A DNA stretch of 64,000 bases from Desulfobacterales bacterium (GTDB lineage: Bacteria > Desulfobacterota > Desulfobacteria > Desulfobacterales > JAHEIW01). Position 1 is the stretch's first letter; each line of letters opens with the position of its first letter. The notes under the pieces were generated by a model. That model was not told where the DNA came from. It ran no database searches and worked only from the letters and a program-made list of their open reading frames with translations. Location of the stretch: contig CP070694.1 of assembly GCA_020353355.1 (NCBI GenBank), positions 2,447,026-2,511,025 of the forward strand, in the 5' to 3' direction. The position numbers and the translations under genes are program-made. Of this stretch, positions 9,216-17,449 are shown in pieces.

Positions 9216-9776
9216 TTAAATAAGGGTTTTATACCGCTCCATCAAATCATCCCGCGTTATGATACTCGACACCACTTCGACATGTTTTCGAATATTATCC
9301 AATCCCCCTTCTTGCCGATCAACCAACACAACGGCCGTGACAACCTCTAAGCCTTCAGAACGCGCCCGCTCAATGGCTTTGATGGTAGAACCACCGGTGG
9401 TGGCCACATCATCAACGATGGCAACGCGCTGGCCGGCGTGAACCTCACCTTCAATCCATTTCACGATACCATGGTCCTTCTGGTTTTTTCGAATGGAGAA
9501 CGCATCAATGGGCTGGCCATTTAATTCAGATGCAAAGGCAGTGGCCACCGCCAGCGGATCCGCGCCAAATGTAAGGCCTCCGATGCCGTTGACGTGGTAA
9601 TCCTTTATCCGGTTAAAAATCAGATGACCAACCAGGTACATTCCCCGGGCGTTAAGGGTCGTCGGTTTACAGTTGACATAAAATTGGCTCATCTGCCCGG
9701 AGACCAGCTTAAATATTGGCTCATCACTGAATTGAAACGATTTGCGGCAGAGCATCTCAATTAGCTCTTCTTTCAT
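9216..9776 (-). CDS. pyrE: orotate phosphoribosyltransferase
   Basis: 186 aa. PRPP-binding loop [13 protein letters not shown]. Type I PRTase layout. Confidence 0.9.
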   Translation of the reverse strand: MKEELIEMLCRKSFQFSDEPIFKLVSGQMSQFYVNCKPTTLNARGMYLVGHLIFNRIKDYHVNGIGGLTFGADPLAVATAFASELNGQPIDAFSIRKNQKDHGIVKWIEGEVHAGQRVAIVDDVATTGGSTIKAIERARSEGLEVVTAVVLVDRQEGGLDNIRKHVEVVSSIITRDDLMERYKTLI

Positions 9777-10042
9777 GGGGTGACTCCCTGATCAGGTTTA
9801 AAAAGCCAACAAAACGATCCTGATCTGCCAAGAAACTGTTGATTTAAACCCATGTATTCGATATAAGAAAGCCTCCACTAAATTGGAAGAAGCCTGATTA
9901 ACGGGATACAGTGGAGGCTTGAGCAAGAAATACCGGCGAGGGCATTCCTTGAACTCAACCAACCCATATCAGCAAAAAAAACGCGGGTCAATCCATAATC
10001 CCCGGGCTGAATAATTCATGCGACGGTGAACGATAAACGTTT

Positions 10043-11386
10043 ATGATGATTTCTACTTATTTCCGGCGATGTATTTTTTCTGTATGCTTCCTGACGGTGT
10101 GGTTATTTCCATTTTGGTCAGCTGCTGAAAATGCAAAAAAACCGCTAAGCCTCGAAGAAGCCATTCAGCTGGCGATTAGAGCCAACCTGGCGATGAAGCA
10201 ATCGCGTGAAGAGGTGAGCGCAGCGCAGGCAAACAAAAATATCAGCCGCTCCAATTTTTTACCCACCCTCAGTGCAAGGTATTCTTATACGCACCGAGAT
10301 AAGGAACAAACTCAAGAATTGACCGGCACGCCGTTTGATGTTGTCGTGCGTCCCCAGGACGAGTATGCCTTTGTGACCTCATTTAAGCAACCCATATTTT
10401 CAGGGTTTGCGTTGATAAACCAGTACAGAATTGCCAGCCTGGGGCTGGATGCCGCCGAAATCAGGGCAAAACTTACCCGTCACGATGTCATTCTGGATGC
10501 AAAAAATGCGTATTACACCGTCCTGAAAGCCCAAAAGTTACTGGAGGTGGCTAACCAAACAGTCGACCAAATCACGGCTCGTAAAGAGGTGTCTGAAAAC
10601 TTCTATCAAGTGGGGATGAGCCCTTTAAATGACCTGCTGCAAGCCCAAGTCGAACTGGCAAATGCCAAGCAGGGTCTCATTGTCGCTCAAAACAATCTGG
10701 AAATTGCCAAAGCGCAATTGAATCTGGTGCTCCGCCGACCTGTGAACCAGACCGTAGATGTGGAGGACCTGGTCGACTATACACCCTTTGAACACGATAT
10801 TGACTATTGTCTTTCCCAGGCAAATCAAAACCGTCTTGAGATTTATGTAGCCAACCTGGAGGTTGAAATTGCCGGAAAAGAGGTGGATCTGGCGCAAAAG
10901 GATTATTATCCTTCCATTGATCTGACCGGAACCATCACCCAGCTTGGCGATGATTGGGAGGTGCATGGTGGCGAGGGAATCAGTGATTCGTATAGTTGGA
11001 ATGTACAGGCAACGGCCACGTGGGATTTTTGGGAATGGGGCAGAACAACTTATGGTATTAAGGAAAAATTAAGCCGCCTTTCCCAATCGAAATATCGCCG
11101 CTCACAAGTCCTTGATAACATTAATCTTGAGGTGAAGGAGGCTTATCTCAGAACCAAAGAATCTGAAAAAAATATTACCACCATCGAAAAGGCCATTGAG
11201 CAGGCGAAAGAAAACTATCGAATAACAGATGAGCGCTATAAGGAACAGGTAGCCACGTCCACCGACTTGCTGACCGCCCAAGTTCTGCTGACTCAGACGA
11301 TGACCAATTATTTCACGGCATTATATGATTTCAAAATAGCAAAAGCGACCTTGTTTCGGGCTATGGGACAGGAAGTTATGGAATGA
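10043..11386 (+). CDS. tolC: TolC-family outer-membrane channel protein
   Basis: Signal peptide (MMISTYFRRCIFSVCFLTVWLFPFWSAAEN). Two internally repeated OEP halves rich in LxxA/Q coiled segments. The stop overlaps the ftsE start (ATGA at 11383-11386). Confidence 0.85.
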   Translation: MMISTYFRRCIFSVCFLTVWLFPFWSAAENAKKPLSLEEAIQLAIRANLAMKQSREEVSAAQANKNISRSNFLPTLSARYSYTHRDKEQTQELTGTPFDVVVRPQDEYAFVTSFKQPIFSGFALINQYRIASLGLDAAEIRAKLTRHDVILDAKNAYYTVLKAQKLLEVANQTVDQITARKEVSENFYQVGMSPLNDLLQAQVELANAKQGLIVAQNNLEIAKAQLNLVLRRPVNQTVDVEDLVDYTPFEHDIDYCLSQANQNRLEIYVANLEVEIAGKEVDLAQKDYYPSIDLTGTITQLGDDWEVHGGEGISDSYSWNVQATATWDFWEWGRTTYGIKEKLSRLSQSKYRRSQVLDNINLEVKEAYLRTKESEKNITTIEKAIEQAKENYRITDERYKEQVATSTDLLTAQVLLTQTMTNYFTALYDFKIAKATLFRAMGQEVME

Positions 11387-12099
11387 TTGACGGCAATGGG
11401 AAAAGCTCCATCATCCGGATGTTTCATGTCCACCAAAATTACGGAGCCAAAAGAGCACTGATTGATATTACCCTGGATATTGCCAAAAATGAATTTGTTT
11501 TTATCAGCGGTCCCAGTGGCGCCGGGAAAACCACCCTGTTAAAACTGTTTTATTTGGCCGAATCGGTGTCCGAAGGGCAGATTTTGATCGATGGCATAAA
11601 TCTTTCCCGAATCCCTTTCAAACGCATTCCCTTCTTACGTCGAAAGTTCGGCATCATATTCCAAGATTACAAACTCATACCGACGCGCAACATATTTGAT
11701 AATGTCGCTTTAGTTTTGGAGGCCGCCGGCAAAAAACGGCGATTGATACAAAAAAAGGTCCGCAGTGTGCTAAGGCTCGTGGGCATGGAGGATCGCCAGA
11801 ATGTTCTTCCAGCGAGTCTTTCGGGGGGTGAGCAACAGCGAGTGGCTGTGGCCAGGGCAATTATTGGCGATCCGCAGGTCATCCTGGCCGACGAACCCAC
11901 TGGCAGTCTGGATAGCGAGGCTGCCAAGATTATCATGGACTTGCTCAAAGGTGTGCACATTCGCGGTGCCACGGTAATTATCGCGACCCACGACAAAGAG
12001 CTCATTCGTACAACTGGCGGTCGGGTTTTATTTTTGAAACAAGGACGTCTGGAAGGCTCCGCATTTGTAGAAAAGCATTATGATGGCGCTATTTATTAG
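11383..12099 (+). CDS. ftsE: cell-division ABC ATPase FtsE
   Basis: Walker A GPSGAGKTT, signature LSGGEQQRV, Walker B ILADEPTG. Immediately followed by ftsX. Confidence 0.85.
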   Translation: MIDGNGKSSIIRMFHVHQNYGAKRALIDITLDIAKNEFVFISGPSGAGKTTLLKLFYLAESVSEGQILIDGINLSRIPFKRIPFLRRKFGIIFQDYKLIPTRNIFDNVALVLEAAGKKRRLIQKKVRSVLRLVGMEDRQNVLPASLSGGEQQRVAVARAIIGDPQVILADEPTGSLDSEAAKIIMDLLKGVHIRGATVIIATHDKELIRTTGGRVLFLKQGRLEGSAFVEKHYDGAIY

Positions 12100-12961
12100 A
12101 CGGGCAATCGAAGATACCCTCAGAAACAGGCTTTTAAATATTATCACGATTATCACCATATCCCTTTCGATCCTTATCGTTAGTGCATTTATTCTTTTTT
12201 TTATCAACACCGCCGAATTCATAAACATTTGGAAAGATGGCATCCCGGTGATGGTATATCTAAAGCCGGGGGTCGATACGGCTGAATTGTCCGACATCAA
12301 ACGAAATATCCAGACAATTTCTGCGGCACAATATATTCGATATATTTCAAAGCAAGACGCACTGAACTCCCTCAAGGCTCAGATGAAGCGGCAATCTTCT
12401 CTGTTCGAGAATCTATCAGAAAACCCCTTGCCGGATGCGTTTGAAATACGAATCATGCTACCTGGACACAACTGGCAAAAAATGGAATCATTTGCAGCTC
12501 AAATCGAATCGCTTGATCAGGTTGAAGAGGTTGAATACGGTCAAAAATGGCTGGAGCGCTTTATTCATCTTATTGAGCTTTTCCGATTTGCCGGATATGC
12601 ACTGGGGGGTATCTTTTTTATGGCTACCGTTTTTATTGTGACCAATACCATTCGTCTGGTGATCTATTCCAGAAGTGAAGAGGTAGAAATCATGCGTCTG
12701 GTGGGCGCTACAGACCGATTTATAAAGATCCCCTTCTACATTCAAAGCATGTTTCAATGCGCATTTGGGGCCCTCATTGGACTGGCGGCATTATTTATCT
12801 CATTTCTATTTCTGACGTCCAACGTGGAGCAAGGCCTTTTCTCCGGCTTTTTTCAGATTCGGTTCATTCCCATGAGGATTCTATTGACCATTGTCTTTTG
12901 CAGTATGCTGGTGGGCTGGTTGGGTTGTTATCTATCGTTAAAGCAATATTTAAAAGCATAA
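12080..12961 (+). CDS. ftsX: cell-division permease-like protein FtsX
   Basis: 293 aa. One N-terminal TM helix, a periplasmic domain, then three C-terminal TM helices. Overlaps ftsE by 20 nt. Confidence 0.8.
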   Translation: MMALFIRRAIEDTLRNRLLNIITIITISLSILIVSAFILFFINTAEFINIWKDGIPVMVYLKPGVDTAELSDIKRNIQTISAAQYIRYISKQDALNSLKAQMKRQSSLFENLSENPLPDAFEIRIMLPGHNWQKMESFAAQIESLDQVEEVEYGQKWLERFIHLIELFRFAGYALGGIFFMATVFIVTNTIRLVIYSRSEEVEIMRLVGATDRFIKIPFYIQSMFQCAFGALIGLAALFISFLFLTSNVEQGLFSGFFQIRFIPMRILLTIVFCSMLVGWLGCYLSLKQYLKA

Positions 12962-13066
12962 AGCGTGATACAAGCGTGTTTAATGGCCATAAAAGCGCTT
13001 AGAAGGACCTTGGGTTTCGCCCCGTCAGCGCTATGCTTTTTTTGTGTGGGAGTAATTGAAAAGATG

Positions 13067-13154
13067 AACGTCGAACATCGAACGTCCAACATCGAATGTT
13101 GAATGAAGAAACAGACATATGATCTGGGAGAGAGGCTGTTCGATGTTGGACGTT
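13067..13154. repeat. Heptad-periodic inverted-repeat element in the ftsX-envC spacer
   Basis: Units aacgtcg/aacatcg/aacgtcc/aacatcg/aatgttg/aatgaag (13067-13108). A perfect 16-bp inverted repeat: aacgtccaacatcgaa (13081-13096) and ttcgatgttggacgtt (13139-13154), separated by a 42-nt spacer. Confidence 0.85.
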
Positions 13155-13269
13155 TATCTTTCAAACCAATTTCGTATGGCATAAATGAAACTTGTGAATG
13201 TTTACAAAATAATTTAGCACCTATGGGGCTTTGCCCCGCTGGGTTGTAGAAACTCAAAGACGTTTACCT

Positions 13270-14718
13270 ATGGTTTGGGCCTGCAATTCCAAATACATTG
13301 CCGTCGCAATGATTCTGCTGGGAATCGGTTTGTCAACATATGAGTGCACCGATCCGGCATTGGGTGCCAAGGTATACGACACCGCAATAGTCATGGTGGA
13401 TAACCTGGAGGTCACATCCGAACCCGGGGAGCATGGTTTTTTGCAAAAACGACTTCCGAAAGGCACTCAGGTCAAAATTATCAAACGACACCGGCAGTGG
13501 CTGCAAATCCTTCATGGTGGAGAAGTTGGTTTTATTCGCGATGATACTGATCTGGTAAAAATAATGCCCCACACAGAAATTCGAAGGAAAATAGACAAAA
13601 ACCTGCAACCCAGTGACACTGAACGCCAAATCGAAGAATTAAAAAAGCGTGCCGACGACCTCGGTCGCAAAATCGAAAAGGGTGAATCGAAGGTCCAGCA
13701 ATATTCCCAAGCAGAAGCAGACATAATTCAGCATTTAAATGAGGTTGATTTCGCTCTCAATCAATCAACAATGCGGCTTTCTGCCCTAACGTCCGAAATG
13801 GCGGCTCTGGATGAAAAGATTGCCACGGCGACAAAAACCTCGACAGAGTTGGGCAAGCAAATAAAAGAAAATGAAAACTATGTCGCCCGGCGACTGGTGG
13901 CCTTATACAAATTAGATCGCATTGGACAAATCCATATATTAGCCTCGGCGGCAACGATGCATGAACTTCTGCAACGCAAAGAAGCCCTTGAGCGCATTCT
14001 GGCGCATGATGCCGGCATCCGGCAAAATTTAATAGATAATCAACTCAAACTCAAGGCAGTCTTGGCTGAACTCGAAACGCATCAAACCGAGAAACGCATG
14101 CTATTAAAGACGGTGAACAACCAACTCAATCGGATTTCAGAAGAACGATCAAAACGCGAGAGATTACTGGCCCGGATACGTGATCAAAAATCCCTGGAAT
14201 TGGCGTCGTTGGAATCCATGAAACAATCTGCAACGCAACTGGATCAGAAAATACAGACGTTAAACAAACAATTAAATTCAACATCTGATCTAATAAAATA
14301 TTCAGAAAAGCCGATCACGGCTTATAAAGGCTTGCTTAAAATGCCGGTTAAAGGTAAAATTATTAATTTGTTCGGGTCTTATAAAAATGAGACATTTAAT
14401 GTGATAAACTTCCGCAATGGTATTGATATTGCTGCCGAAAAAGGCGAACCGGTGCGGGCGGTATACGCCGGCAAAATTGTTTATGCCAGGTGGTTTAAAG
14501 GCTATGGAAACATGATTATTATTGATCACGGAACAAACTATTACACCCTATATGCCCATCTAGAAGAAATTTTTAAAACCACCGGTGATCGGGTAGAAAC
14601 CGGGGAGGTTATCGCCACGGTCGGAGAGACAGGCTCGATGTCAGGTCCAAAACTTCATTTTGAAGTCCGTCATCACGGCACGCCTCAGGATCCATTGAAT
14701 TGGCTGAACAGGGGGTAA
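13270..14718 (+). CDS. envC: EnvC-like murein hydrolase activator (SH3-like N-domain, coiled coil, degenerate LytM/M23 domain)
   Basis: ATG 13270. TM/signal segment, long Q/E/K/L-rich coiled coil, and a C-terminal LytM domain (GYGNMIIIDHG, YAHL, GPKLHFEVRHHG). The first metal-ligand motif reads RNGID instead of HxGxD, as in non-catalytic EnvC-type activators. Confidence 0.8.
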   Translation: MVWACNSKYIAVAMILLGIGLSTYECTDPALGAKVYDTAIVMVDNLEVTSEPGEHGFLQKRLPKGTQVKIIKRHRQWLQILHGGEVGFIRDDTDLVKIMPHTEIRRKIDKNLQPSDTERQIEELKKRADDLGRKIEKGESKVQQYSQAEADIIQHLNEVDFALNQSTMRLSALTSEMAALDEKIATATKTSTELGKQIKENENYVARRLVALYKLDRIGQIHILASAATMHELLQRKEALERILAHDAGIRQNLIDNQLKLKAVLAELETHQTEKRMLLKTVNNQLNRISEERSKRERLLARIRDQKSLELASLESMKQSATQLDQKIQTLNKQLNSTSDLIKYSEKPITAYKGLLKMPVKGKIINLFGSYKNETFNVINFRNGIDIAAEKGEPVRAVYAGKIVYARWFKGYGNMIIIDHGTNYYTLYAHLEEIFKTTGDRVETGEVIATVGETGSMSGPKLHFEVRHHGTPQDPLNWLNRG

Positions 14719-14791
14719 TCCCGCATTTGCGAATTTTTCGAAACAGCGCGTTTTGCTGAAATTATTCACGTAAACCAGAAGGAGTAACTTA

Positions 14792-16138
14792 ATGATCCTA
14801 AAGAAAAACCAACATACAAAGCTATGGTTGTTGATGGTAGCCGCAGTGATCCTCTGGACAATCGGAACCGGCTTCTTTTATGATCTCTCCGCGACCAGTG
14901 AAGAAACCTATGAGGGACTAAAAGTCTTTTCCGATGTGATTGAGTTGATCGAAAAGGAATATGTCGATGAAGTAAATTCCAAAGAACTTATCCAAAACGC
15001 CATTCAGGGGATGGTGCAAAGTCTTGATCCCCATTCATCTTTGCTCCCACCGGAAGCGTTTGAAGATTTACAAATCGATACCAAAGGAAAATTCACCGGA
15101 ATCGGGATTCATATTACGATGCAAAATGGCTTCGTCACCGTAATTTCACCGATCGAAGATACGCCCGCGCATAAAGCAGGCATAAAGGCACAGGATAAAA
15201 TTATCAAAGTCGACGGTAAGCCGACCAAGGATTTACGACAGGCCGTAGACATGATGCGGGGTCCAAAAGGCACACAAGTCGTGGTCACTATCCTGCGCGA
15301 AGGGGTTAAAGATCCAATCGATTTCGAATTGATCCGAGACGTCATTCCCATCGTCAGCGTTAAGTCCATCGTTTTGAAAGCCGGTTACGGATATATTCGT
15401 GTGTCTCAATTCGCTGGCAATACAACCACCGAGCTTGACAAAGCATTAATTAGTATGGAATCCCGGGAGGTCCCTATAAAAGGGCTTATTTTGGACCTTC
15501 GCGACAATGGCGGCGGGTTACTTAATCAGGCTATTCAAGTCGCCGATATTTTTCTGGAAGATGGTAAAATCTTGACCATTGAGGGACGAAACAAGAAAAA
15601 TACGAAAGTGTACCAGGCGACCCCGAATACGGTGAAGCGGAGCTATCCAATGGTGGTGTTAATCAACGGCGGAAGTGCCAGCGCATCTGAAATCGTTGCC
15701 GGCGCTCTTCAGGATCAAAAACGCGCGCTGATCCTTGGAACCACGTCTTTCGGCAAAGGCTCTGTTCAGACCGTGGAAACGTTGCGCGACGGTTCGGGTC
15801 TCAAATTAACCATTGCCAGATACTATACGCCCAGCGGCCGATCCATTCAGGCCAAAGGAATCGAACCAGACATTGTGCTCAAACATCGGCGCATTGATAT
15901 GTCAGAGCTCAAAGAAGACGAGGGACTCGTTAAAGAAAAAGATTTGGAAAACCACCTAGAGGCTGGACCGGATAAAGGCGGCGATCAAGAGGACAGCCCT
16001 GATGAGAGTTCCAGAATGCAAGATGCGAGACTCAGAGTTGGCCCGCTGAAAGCCCAGGTGCTTCAATCCGACAATCAAATCATGCATGCACTGGAGATCT
16101 TAACGAGTTATGAAATTTTCAAGAGCTTCAACAGGTAG
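14792..16138 (+). CDS. ctpA: carboxy-terminal processing protease (S41, PDZ-containing)
   Basis: AGGAG RBS. N-terminal TM helix, PDZ region (GIGIHITMQNG...KAGIKAQDKIIKVDG), S41 catalytic motifs GGSASASEI and TSFGKGSVQ. Confidence 0.9.
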   Translation: MILKKNQHTKLWLLMVAAVILWTIGTGFFYDLSATSEETYEGLKVFSDVIELIEKEYVDEVNSKELIQNAIQGMVQSLDPHSSLLPPEAFEDLQIDTKGKFTGIGIHITMQNGFVTVISPIEDTPAHKAGIKAQDKIIKVDGKPTKDLRQAVDMMRGPKGTQVVVTILREGVKDPIDFELIRDVIPIVSVKSIVLKAGYGYIRVSQFAGNTTTELDKALISMESREVPIKGLILDLRDNGGGLLNQAIQVADIFLEDGKILTIEGRNKKNTKVYQATPNTVKRSYPMVVLINGGSASASEIVAGALQDQKRALILGTTSFGKGSVQTVETLRDGSGLKLTIARYYTPSGRSIQAKGIEPDIVLKHRRIDMSELKEDEGLVKEKDLENHLEAGPDKGGDQEDSPDESSRMQDARLRVGPLKAQVLQSDNQIMHALEILTSYEIFKSFNR

Positions 16139-16218
16139 AAAAAATATCAGTGTACACTTGGATCTATTCGAATGCGACTGATCGATGAATCAGGTTAACT
16201 TTTGAAAAAACGTTGTGA

Positions 16219-17196
16219 ATGGCCAAACGAAAACCCCAGCAAAAAAATAAAAAATCAAAAAAATATCGCAAAAACCTTTCAATCCGAATATCTCTTTTAA
16301 AGGCTTTGGCTGGCTTATCCATCCTGGTTATTGTGGTGGCCATCATCGGCATAATTGCTCATTATGTAATGCCTCCCAAACAACCATCCACGCCGATGCC
16401 ACCTAAAAAGACCCTGGCCATCAAGAAACCTTCAGAACCCCAAAGCCCACCATTTGAAATTTACCCGACGGAAAAGGTTCCGGTTGAACGTCCCATACCG
16501 AAACCCGAAACGCCCGCGGAAACTAAATTACCGAAGGTCGCCATCATTATTGACGATTTAGGCTATGATAAAAAAATAGCCGAAAAGTTTCTTGAGCTCG
16601 ATGCCGTCTTAACGTTTTCGGTTCTACCCTACAGTCCCTTTCAAAAAAAAATCGCTCGCAGGGCACTGGATAAAGGTCTTGAAGTGATGCTGCATTTGCC
16701 CATGGAGCCGCTGGAGTATCCGGCAGTCGACCCCGGCCCGGGCACCCTATTGGCTTCGATGTCCCCCGACGAACTGATCCTTCAGCTTGAAAAGAATTTA
16801 GATACTCTGCCGGCGATCAAAGGTGTCAACAACCATATGGGCTCCAAATTGACAGCTGAGTCAACCCAGCTCTACCAGATTTTTTCTGTCCTGAAAAAAA
16901 GAGGGCTTTTTTTCATCGACAGCCGGACAACTGCCAAAACGGTTTGCAAACCATCTGCAAAACTATTTAAGATTCCGTTCGCACAGCGGGATGTATTTTT
17001 AGATCATCGGCAAGATCCGGAGTTTATTCGAATGCAAATCAGAGATCTGATTGAGATTGCCAAGCGTCATGGTGTCGCCATTGGCATCGCTCACCCGCAT
17101 ATGTCAACCTATAGCATATTAAAAGAAATGCTGCCGGATCTGCAACAGAAAGTTCACTTGGTGCCGGCTTCAGAGATTGTCCAGGTGCTCGACTAA
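16219..17196 (+). CDS. divergent polysaccharide deacetylase family protein (YibQ-like)
   Basis: Basic N-terminus, one TM helix and a Pro-rich linker, then VAIIIDDLGYD...HLPMEP...NNHMGS, typical of the YibQ family. The envC-yibQ neighbourhood is the same as in E. coli. Confidence 0.8.
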   Translation: MAKRKPQQKNKKSKKYRKNLSIRISLLKALAGLSILVIVVAIIGIIAHYVMPPKQPSTPMPPKKTLAIKKPSEPQSPPFEIYPTEKVPVERPIPKPETPAETKLPKVAIIIDDLGYDKKIAEKFLELDAVLTFSVLPYSPFQKKIARRALDKGLEVMLHLPMEPLEYPAVDPGPGTLLASMSPDELILQLEKNLDTLPAIKGVNNHMGSKLTAESTQLYQIFSVLKKRGLFFIDSRTTAKTVCKPSAKLFKIPFAQRDVFLDHRQDPEFIRMQIRDLIEIAKRHGVAIGIAHPHMSTYSILKEMLPDLQQKVHLVPASEIVQVLD

Positions 17197-17308
17197 ATTC
17201 AGGCTAACCGGATGCGATCGTGAAATGGGCTTGCGATAATTTAGTGGATGCAATCGGCAGCTGCGAGGGGGGAGCCTTGAAATTCACTATCGCAAACATC
17301 ATCCTTGC

Positions 17309-17337
17309 TTGACACAGGCGACTTACTTTTCTATCCT
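17309..17337 (+). promoter_or_regulatory. candidate sigma-70 promoter of the histidine kinase gene
   Basis: TTGACA (17309-17314), 17 nt, TATCCT (17332-17337). Pattern match only. Confidence 0.3.
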
Positions 17338-17449
17338 TAGCTTAGCAAAATTCATTATTTTTTTTGAAGTTTGGCTCAACATGAAAAATTTATCAGTACC
17401 CATCCGCTGGACTCAAGCACCGATCGAAAACTTTTTTATGCGATGAGAT

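Noticed and set aside
13081-13154. attC (integron cassette recombination site)-like reading of the inverted repeat: GTCCAAC fits RYYYAAC and GTTGGAC fits GTTRRRY, with about 70 bp between the cores
   Set aside because: The two cores are simply each other's complement, so only one chance match is needed. There is no intI, no cassette array and no neighbouring attC. The flanking genes are a conserved ftsEX-envC block. The other periodic elements do not contain these cores.
12928-13257. 109-aa minus-strand ORF spanning the ftsX-envC spacer
   Set aside because: It runs through the heptad repeat element and the end of ftsX. No RBS, and the peptide is repeat-derived.
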